A stretch of 64,000 nucleotides of DNA. Source: Octopus vulgaris (taxonomy: Eukaryota). The notes beneath the pieces were generated by a model. The model was not told where the DNA came from, made no database searches, and saw nothing but the letters and a program-made list of their open reading frames with translations. Where the stretch lies: contig OX597823.1 of the NCBI GenBank assembly GCA_951406725.2, positions 40,238,001-40,302,000 of the forward strand, written 5' to 3'. Below, piece after piece: positions 54,230 to 64,000 of the stretch. Position 1 is the stretch's first letter. Each line of letters starts with the position of its first letter. Position numbers and translations under genes: made by a program.

Positions 54230-54453
54230 TATTTCTTTACTACCCACAAGGGAGCTAAACACAAACAAGGACAGACAAACGGATTAAGTCGACTATATCG
54301 GCCTCAGTGCGTAACTGGTGCTTATTTAATCGACCCCGAAAGGATGAAAGGCAAAGTCGACCTTGGCGGAATTTGAACTCAGAACGTAACGGCAGACGAA
54401 AAACCGCTAAGCATTTCGTCCGGCGCGCTAACGTTTCTGCCAGCTCACCGTCT
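54230..54453 (-). mobile_element. SINE family B, full length, imperfect ~16-bp TSD
   Basis: TGTTCAATTTTATACC / TGTTTAATTTTATGCC flank a well-preserved copy. Confidence 0.85.
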
Positions 54454-56204
54454 TGTTTAATTTTATGCCATTTATTCAATACACCGACTGATGCTCCTAC
54501 TTCGACTTATATGAATGTTGTGGCTGGCTAAAAGAAACAAACTTATATACAGGGATATGTAATATTTGTATAAATCACATAAAAATGTCAGTTTGCATAT
54601 ATACAATAATTATAACTGATGCGATCCGTGGAAATTTCACAAAATGTAAAAAATTAACAAGATCTATTTAAGAAAGAAAGGATGATTTGCATTTTTATAG
54701 CATTTATTGTTCAGCTTCCTTTAAATAAACTTGACGTTCGGTTACATTAATTTCCTCACATCCTTTCTCGGGCAGCTTGCAACCGTATTTCTTGTGAATC
54801 CAGAGTTTAGGCTAAATTAACCCTTATAAACAAATATCAATTTTTTAAGCGAACAGACGATAAATAATTGCACTTATGCGTTAAGCGATGGTCGCTACAA
54901 AAAAAAATAGTTCAATAAAAAAATGCTTTTCATTATCAACACACCATCACCACCACCACCGTAATCTGCTTCTCTCTCTCTTTCCCCTCTCTCCCCTTTC
55001 TTTCTCTTTCTCTTTCTCTTTCTCTCTCAATATAACTGTCTTCCTTGTCCATCTCTCTCTATCTCCCTTTCCATTCAGCCAACTTTTTAACTACATAATA
55101 AGTATTCCTTTCCCACCCACCGCACGTGGAAAACACTTCTCTCACCCTCTTTTTCTCTCGTCGTTTTTTTCTCTCGTTTTTCGCCTCCATCTTCAGCTGA
55201 TCATGTGACGCATTTGGCATCAGTGTATTAATATTAATCAAGTTTCTCTACTTTTTCCTCTCTTCTTTCTTCACCCCCACTCTCTCTCACACACACTCTT
55301 ATTCCACCTCTCTGTCACTCCACCTCTTTAACTAACTAATGTATAACGAGTAAACGAACAAGCAGATTATTATATATAGTTTACTTTTAACAAATTATTT
55401 GGTGCTTAAGTAAAACGATGTAATGAGTATTAACTCTGGAAAGACAAATAATTATTATCTCAAAGTTAAATAAAGCAAAATTTTTCATTTGTATAACTCC
55501 TCCTCCGAACACTCTGATTAACTTCATCTTTCTACTCTTCTGCCTCAATGATTCTTTCTCTTTCATTCAGCCTGCACATCTGAGGTTAACTCTCTGTTTT
55601 TATTTCTCTCTTACTTCCTCTCCCCCTTTCTCTATGCGATGCAAAGAGTAATTTGAAGAACAAACCAACGTTTATATTGACTTTTATTGTATAGAGATAC
55701 AAAATTACTTCTTTCCAAAATCTTTATGTTGTGTACGTATTAACATTTTACGCACACGTGAACACAAGCTTATCACCCTCCGTTGCTACCATGAGTTACA
55801 ACAACAACAACAACGTCATAAACAACAGCAATAACGTAAATGAACAGTGGCGTAAACAGAAACATGAAAAACAGAGCTAATAAAGTTTACGTTATCGCTT
55901 GACCAGCAATAAATAGCGGTCAAATCTCATTCAAATCACACTGTACAGTCTTAAAAACCAGAAACTCACTGATGTACCAGATAATGGAACGCTTTCAAAA
56001 AATTTGTAATATTTTAAGAAAAATATATACAGTAATCCCACACCATATCACGGTTCACATATTGTGCACTCAGTACATCGCAGTTTTTTTAAGCTAATAT
56101 ATGTAAATTTATATCGTGGACTCCTTGGTATATCCGGGTTTCTGCAGCCGATAGGTAATCATATCTTTTAGGATTTTAATTATTTCTGTGGGAGGTTTTG
56201 GAAC

Positions 56205-56525
56205 GTAGTCTACTATAACCTCGAGCCTGGTAGACGGAAACTGAAAGAAGCCCGACGTATATACATATATATATTTATATATATATGTATATACATATTT
56301 ATGTGTCTTTGTATTTGTGTTTGTCCCACCCACCCCATCGCTTGACAACCGATGTTGGTGTATGTATATCCCCGTAATCTAGCGGTTCGGCAAAATAAAT
56401 TCATGTAATAAGTAATAGGCTTACAAAGACCAAGTCCTGGGGTTGATTTCTTCAACTAAAACCTTTTAAGGCGGTGCTCCAGCATGGCCGCAGTCAAATA
56501 ACTGAAACGCATAAAAAGATAAGAA
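56205..56525 (+). mobile_element. SINE family A copy, 5'-truncated
   Basis: Matches the body and tail of 12242-12745. Confidence 0.8.
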
Positions 56526-56559
56526 GAATATTCCCATGTCTCTCGTTCAAGGACTCATA

Positions 56560-57255
56560 AATAATTAAGTTTTAGCACAAGGCCAACAATATGGGGGTAG
56601 GATGTCGGTTACATATGCACCAGCATTTTACTGGTACTTTATTTTATCTACCTACAAAAGGATGAAAGGCAAAAATCGACTCTAGCGGGAACTGAAGTCA
56701 GAACGTAAAGCTGGAAGAAATTCCACAAAGCAGTTTATTCGGTATGTTAAGGATTCAGTCAGTTAACCTTCAAGAACTCGCATAAGTGTTTCAAACTTTG
56801 GCACAGTGCTAGTAAGTTTTATGAAGTGGATATGTCGATTACATCAACCCAAGTTTTCCCTTGGTACTTATTTTATCGACCACAGAAGTATGAATAGCAA
56901 AGTAAACCTCGGCGGAATTGGAACTCTGAACGGAAAGCTCAAAGTGATACAGCTTAGCCGTTTGTCCTACGCGCTGATAATTCTGCCAGCTTGCTGCCTT
57001 CAGGGATTCATAAATAATGAATTAAGTAATAGTTCTTTCTAGAGTAATACAGACACAGGGACTGAAATTTTGGTATGAGGGTCTAGTCGATTACACCGAA
57101 CCCAGTGCTTAACTGGTACTTATTTATATCGAGCACGAAAGAAAGGTAAAGAGTTGACTTCGGCAGAATTTGAACTTCAAACGTGAAACCGGGAGAAAGG
57201 CCGTTAAGTATTTTGTCGGACGTAGTAACCAATTGTAGCAGCTTGCTGCCTTCGG
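56560..57255 (-). mobile_element. Three head-to-tail diverged SINE family B copies
   Basis: TGGTACTT.....TATC core recurs at ~56632, ~56862 and ~57114. Confidence 0.75.
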
Positions 57256-58039
57256 GGACTCATAAATAACGAATTGAATAATAATAAGATAAAATCAGAT
57301 AGTATTGTAGCTTTTGAGAAGCAGCGATGAAATGTAGCAAGAATATACCAAAGAAAAATGTGTGAATGAATAAAACAGGCAGTTCTAATCTCAGAGTTTT
57401 AACCATCGCTTGCAGTGAAGCGCAAAATACGAGCATTTGTTCATCGAAAGATTCCTTTTTCCAATGAATCCAAGCAAAGATTGGTGCAGGCAAGCATGTA
57501 TTACTAATATATCTCTCTTCATTCAGAGTTGGTCCCTTGCTCTCATCTTAGTGATGTACTCATTGGCTGCCATTGGTACGCTTCGTTTCGTTTCTGATCT
57601 TACATTTACCTGGTTTCCGAGTTAAGTTTCCTCTTCCTTTACTAAACTTCGATGCATTCTTTCGACTCCAACATTTCTCAACTTCTAAGTGGAAATAAAT
57701 TTAATATATTGGATTTGATTTCTTCTTTTTTTTCCATTCTATTTCTCTTGTCTCTGTCAAATACTCCCCCTTTCTCAAATTTCGTTTATCCCTTCGGTTT
57801 CTTTTCTTTTCATTTCTTTCTTCCTTTTTTTCTTTCTTTTATACGTTCTTCCATTCATTCTTCCTCTCTAATTCCCGTCATTTTTCATTTCTCTCTCTCT
57901 CTCTCTCTCCACACACACACACGTTTATAAGAACACATATGCATGTCCGTATCGATGTTTGTCCCTATATTTTAGTTACAGATATGTTCGTAAATAGATA
58001 CTCAAGTATTCCTTCTTTCTTTCTGTGTGTCTGCCTGTC

Positions 58040-58102
<63 letters not shown>

Positions 58103-58280
58103 ATATATTTACATATATATATTTATACACATATATATATATATATATATCCATATAAGATATATATGCATAAATCTCTCTCTTTATTTACACACACACA
58201 CACACACATGAAATTTGATGTTAGTATGTTCAAGCAAAGTTAAAAACACCAAGTGACATTTACTGAAAGTAGTACTGGGC

Positions 58281-58382
<102 letters not shown>

Positions 58383-58383
58383 G

Positions 58384-58427
<44 letters not shown>

Positions 58428-58516
58428 AATCTATCTGTTTATCAACGTATATATGTATATATGTTTATAAATGTGGGCTTATATATGTGTACACTTATAC
58501 ATATATAGGAAGACAG

Positions 58517-58644
<128 letters not shown>

Positions 58645-58860
58645 TCTCAATAATTCATGAGCAGAAAGAGTGAATATATATAACAAACATAGTTGTATAA
58701 CTTTTTTTACGCTGAGTTCTTAACATCCCTGTACGTTGTACATATGCATCTTATCCCCTTCCTATGTATACATACATATATACATGCATATATATGTATA
58801 TGTATGTATACATGTGTATATATATATATGTACATATATGTATATATATATGTACATATA

Positions 58861-58939
<79 letters not shown>

Positions 58940-59714
58940 TATCGTTGCGTTTAGCTATTTTTTTTACTTGGTAAAATGGTAAATAACATTCTAAATTTGT
59001 TTATTGTTCAGAAGCATTTCAATCCCAGCAGTAATGCTTTTAGTTCTGCGGTTGATTATAATCATTTTAGGAACAGATGAAACTTGATAATAATATCTAT
59101 TTTTTTTATTACCTTTATGTTCTGCCTGTTCCATGAAAGACACCACAAACCAAGGACAATTTAAATCGTCTTCTTTATAATCTCTTGTATACTGTATTCT
59201 TATTTATCTATAAATTTGGCTATAATTCCTGAAACTTCGCCAAATTTAGACGGTTTTCCTCAATGACTACTACGGTGGTTGTGATTTTCTTAAGCTTTTA
59301 AAATTTACTTCGTTATAATTCTAGAAATTCTTCGAATCACAAGAAATTTTTTTTCTCGGGGTTTTGAATTTAAAATTTTATGTCTCTTTTTTATTGTTTA
59401 AATGATAACCTAGGAGATATACAGATAAAATAATAACTAAATATCTGAAATTTACAGAGCTGGAAGTGACGTAAATATCAAAATTTAGATTCCATATTGA
59501 CACAAAATTTTTCGAAAGCTTTTATTTCAATATAGCACTTACGATGACAAAACTCACTAAGAAAATGAATAAATTTATGGAATGGTATTTTAGCAAATAC
59601 CAGTTATTTATTTATATATATATATATATATTTATTTATTTATCTATTTACTGGTAAATCACTGTGGGAAGGCGGGCAATGGAAGAATACAGTTCTTAAT
59701 GCATGTGTATCTTT

Positions 59715-60082
59715 CATCATTTTCTTGTTTTAGTCTTTGGACGGAAAAATGCTGGGGCATTGTCTTGTAGTGTTTTAGTCGAACAAATCGAAGCCAGTAC
59801 TTGTTTCTTTTTAAAGTTTGCAACATACTTTATGGGATACTTTTTGCCGAAACGCTAAGTTACGAGACACGTAAATAAACTGACATCTGTTGTCAAGCGG
59901 AGTCGTGAGATAAATACAGACGCAACGACACACACACACACATACACACACACAGGACGGGCTTCCACAGTTTACATTTACCAAGTTCACTCACAGGGCA
60001 TAAGTCAGCCTGGTACCGTTCGGTGAGGCCGAACCCTAATCCATGTGACTGCAAAGCAAACCCTTTAAGCTCTTAGCCATGC
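59715..60082 (-). mobile_element. SINE family A copy (diverged)
   Basis: Reverse complement of 12242-12745. Confidence 0.7.
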
Positions 60083-60308
60083 AGAGTTCGAATACCGCCG
60101 TGGTCAACTTTGTCTTGGATAAAAACGATAAAATAAAATACTAGTCACATACTGGGTTAGATATAATTCCCAATCTTGTACTGACGTTAGAATTCAATAT
60201 TTAGCGAAGTCTCTTTATGTTTAGGAATCTTTACTCCAAAAATGTTCTTATAGAAATAACACCAAAAATATACACTACACCGAAGTCTAACAAAGTGTTT
60301 GACTCGTG

Positions 60309-60472
60309 CAGTGGTTCCCAACTTGTGGTCCATGGACCCTTGGTAGTCCGCAAAGGTAGTACTAGGGTCCGTGAACATGTTAAGCTGCCAGACCCGTCAA
60401 TATCCTGGGGTCCGTGGAAAAACTCATTTAAATAAAAGGGGTCCTTGGTAGTGAAAAGGTTGGGAACCACTG
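60309..60472. mobile_element. hAT MITE, 164 bp
   Basis: Perfect 14-bp TIRs CAGTGGTTCCCAAC / GTTGGGAACCACTG; 8-bp TSD GACTCGTG / GACTAGTG. Confidence 0.9.
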
Positions 60473-61533
60473 GACTAGTGCCAATGAACGAATCGTTTTT
60501 AGCACTGTTGTCATCAAAGAATGAGCTTTAGATTCGTTTCTGCCATACGTCTGCAGTCAATTCTGCCGATTGCATCCAAACCTTTGTTTATCTGCAGTTG
60601 GGAATCACTGGAACAGAAAGGAATATCTTCAGTGAGATTATGAAAAATACGTGAGTGTTACCCGTCATATTATAGGTAACTTTGGAAGTATATCATGAAG
60701 AACATTACTTGTCAAATGACGGGAAACTTCGAAAGCATATTTTTGCCATCATGGAAATATGTCATACATACAATAATTATTTAGCGTTTCCAAATTTCTT
60801 GGATCTTATAAAAAATATGATGAAATGGATACTAATTTTCCAATGTAAACTATTTACTACCTTAAAATAATTTAAATAAAACAAATTTCTCATTTATATA
60901 TTTGTTATTTATGAATGTTTTTATTTCCCCAATAATTATAAATATAATCACATTCTACTCAGTTGAAAACCTACCTCTGCAAACTTTCATTAAAAGATGT
61001 GTTACAAAACCCTCATCTCGCACCTTTTACATTAGTTCTGTTTCTCTCTTATACTATCTCTCTCAGTTTCTTTCTCTCTACGACGTATAACGTGACTGGA
61101 GAAACCAGCCAACCAATCAACCAACTTATTAACCAACCAAATAACAAACTCACATTCTGTTATTAGATAGAGATAATTTAGAACATATATGAGTTGAAAT
61201 ACTATTGAAATGTCGCAATGGAGAGAAAAATAACGGTCCAAATTTGAAAACTAATTCTAACTTAAAACATTATAATTTTTAGTTTTCCTGGCACTCAAGA
61301 CCAGTACAACTGTCAAATCCCTACGGATGCATGTTATGGATTTATTATCTTCAAAGCACGAAGACAAAATATATCACAATTCTTCAAAATGGATTGCACA
61401 TAATTAGCAAATGATGAATGTATTTTACATAGTAGTTCATTATTTCGTAAAAGTTCGAAGGAGGAACAATTGATAGTTTAAACTCTAGTACATCACTTTA
61501 TTTTATCGACAGCAGAAAGATATATCTTGGTGA

Positions 61534-61919
61534 ATGGAGGCGCAATGGCCCAGTGGTTAGAGCAGCGGACTCGCGGTCATAGGATCGCGGTTTCGATTCC
61601 CAGACCGGGCGTTGTGAGTGTTTATTGAGCGAAAAACACCTAAAGCTCCACGAGGCTCCGGCAGGGGATGGTGGTGATCCCTGCTGTACTCTTTCCCCAC
61701 AACTTTCTCTCACTCTTACTTCCTGTTTCTGTTGTACCTGTATTTCAAAGGGCCGGCCTTGTCACTCTCTGTATCACGCTGAATATCTCCGAGAACTACG
61801 TTAAGGGTACACGTGTCTGTGGAGTGCTCAGCCACTTACACGTTAATTTCACGAGCAGGCTGTTCCGTTGATTCGGATCAACCGGAACCCTCGTCGTCGT
61901 AACCGACGGAGTGCTTCCC
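61534..61919 (+). mobile_element. tRNA-derived SINE, head X plus tail 2, with 12-bp TSD
   Basis: TSD ATATCTTGGTGA at 61522-61533 and 61920-61931; A-box TGGCCCAGTGG and B-box GGTTTCGATTCC. Confidence 0.9.
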
Positions 61920-62799
61920 ATATCTTGGTGAGATTCGAATTCATAATAAGCAAATAAATAAATAAATTTGATTAAATTCATTTGAAATTTTTACGAAATT
62001 TGAACGTAAGTCTTTTTAAGAGTAAACATTCTCACTTTCACGGACAAGGCTCCTAATTAGACTGTTAAAAGTTGTCAGAGTTTCTTTAGAGTACTCATTT
62101 CTTGGATTTACAGTAACAGACAACAGTAATATCTTTTGATTATCATAAGTAACTCTGTCCACCTTCACACCTTAGATGTATTTCAACTGATGTATTACAA
62201 GCTGTTATTTATATCAGTATTTGCATTAGGGCAACTTCCTTGAAAGAATATCATTTTCACGCAGACAATTCCAGTGGGAACTTGTATTTTTCGAAAGTAT
62301 TTCTCGTATATAAATTCCTTATTAGTGCAAATATTAAATGTCAAACTGTAAACATCTGATGATTTTGAACAATGAAGTAGTCATCCATACGTCTGATTAA
62401 AGGGTGAGTTTAATTTTAGACATTTCAGGGTTATGTCATCAAAATAGTCTGTACAGGTAAGTGTTAGTCATTATCAGCGTTTATTACAAAAATCTCATTG
62501 CTATCTCTTCCTATTAATACTGATCTGTCACATCAGTCAATTTAAAGCAAATTGTTTTTAGATACACTGTTAGTCTTACAGTTATATTAATCTTTATATA
62601 GCAATAGCCGATATAAATATTGGTTGGTTCATTTCTTCAGTCACGCTTTACATTGTATAGAGAATTGGGAAAGGAGTGAGTATAAGATAAGTGAACAGAG
62701 AACTAGCTGAAGAGGTGTTAAATTAGTGTTACAACTTTCTGAAAACTAAACATTTTGAAATTGAAATTCTACAGAGATAGGTTTTCAATGGTGTAGATT

Positions 62800-62985
62800 T
62801 TTATCTTCCTTTATATTTTACTTGTTTCAGTCATTAGACTGCGGTCATGCTGGGGCACCATCTTGAAGAAATGAATCGACTCGAGGACTTATTTTTTTAA
62901 ACACTGGTACTTATTCTAATGGTCGCTTTTTGCCGAACTGGTAAGTTACGGGGGACATAAACACACCAGCATCGGTTGTCACGCG
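62800..62985 (-). mobile_element. SINE family A, 3' half
   Basis: Reverse complement of the tail of 12242-12745. Confidence 0.75.
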
Positions 62986-63082
62986 CACACACACACACTC
63001 TCTCTCTCACACATACACACACACATGCACTCTCTCTCTCTCACACATACATACATATATATATATATATATATGTATGTAT

Positions 63083-63655
63083 GTCGGCGAGACGGCAATT
63101 CCGTACCCTGACAGCTTGTCTCGAACAGGCAAAGCCGAGTGGTAGCACTGCCAAACCAGGGATTTCTGGTTATTATCCAGATACCCCGGCCTGAAAGTTC
63201 TCCCGAACTGGTTGATCAACTGATTTACATCGAAGCCCAGGGTCTCCCCCAGGACATCGTCTGACATAAATTCCACTAACCCGCTATAGAAATCCGCAGT
63301 GGAACTCCTGTTGCCGGTATTGCTCGTCCGAGAGAGTAGCTGGGAGTGCCGCCAAGCACTCCAATTGCCAATCCTCCAGCCTAGGTCTTCGTTTGATCCA
63401 TGGACCAATATCCATTAAGGATGTCAACTGTGGAAGGTAGAACCTTACGTGCGGTGAGCACACCTGCTCTCCATCCAGGTAAAACCAAAGATGCCTCAAC
63501 CTTAACGCGAATTTTCGCATCTTCAGCCAAGTTAGTGGTTTTTGGCAGCAGATAGAGCGCCTCACAAGTGGCTTTCCTCCCTTCCACAAAAAGGGGAATA
63601 GGATTCTTTCCAACTTGCTCAACCACAAATTGGGGCAACAAACAAGATGAGGACA
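63083..63655 (-). mobile_element. Tx1/L1-like LINE ORF2 fragment
   Basis: KLERILFPFLWKG..PLVRRSICCQKP..WLKMRKFALRLRHLW and LDNNQKSLVWQCYHSALPVRDKL; homologous to 38030-39390. Confidence 0.85.
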
Positions 63656-64000
63656 AATATTCGTTAAATGTAAATAATGTAAATAATGTAATTTATCTCT
63701 ACCGAAATATCGGTTGAGATAATTAGAGAAAAATGCTCTCTGGAAGGGAGTGCAGCTTTGGAGCTTAACCAGCGCTTCCCTCAAAAGATTACATACTGAA
63801 AATCTGGGGATCCCATTTGGAGATTTCCAGATGTTCAAGAGGCTGTCGGAGGCGGAGAGCGATGTTAAAATATCGCCTTTCACTGATGCACGGGAAATAA
63901 AAAAAAGAACTGTTATTTTTAAAACATTTTGCCCAAAGGAAAAAATAGCACACATGGACCAGGATAAAACTGAAAAAGGTTTTGCCTCAATTTGAAATAT

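Noticed and set aside
55110-55240. Cluster of E-box/CRE-like motifs (CACGTG, CAGCTG, CATGTGACG)
   Set aside because: Short motifs with no linked gene in the window; cannot be supported without chromatin data.
61534-61610. tRNA-like sequences at SINE heads
   Set aside because: They have A/B boxes but no complete cloverleaf, and they continue into SINE bodies with TSDs.
63284-63955. 223-aa ORF
   Set aside because: Chimeric: only the part below ~63655 is Tx1-like; the remainder is unrelated read-through.

Overview
AT-rich, microsatellite-saturated eukaryotic non-coding DNA. The SINE, LINE and microsatellite content resembles an octopus (cephalopod) genome, which is an inference from repeat style only. 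I find no intact protein-coding gene; almost all listed ORFs are read-throughs of microsatellites or pyrimidine tracts. The window is a patchwork of decayed mobile elements: several tRNA-derived SINE families, Tx1/L1-like and restriction-like-endonuclease (RLE) LINE 3' fragments, mariner, Tc1 and pogo relics, two hAT MITEs with 8-bp TSDs, a non-autonomous Helitron, a Gypsy LTR element with a nested LINE, and an internally deleted Penelope-like element (PLE). The most interesting signal is not in the ORF track: about a dozen minimal type I hammerhead ribozyme (HHR) motifs, from intact to decayed. Most sit in short non-coding modules beside (TA)n tracts. The best is a very young 362-bp tandem-plus-inverted module at 46278-47006. 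Its HHR has the C3-G8 core pair replaced by U3-A8, and its inversion starts 5 nt from the predicted cleavage site. All folds and translations were done by eye and are untested.
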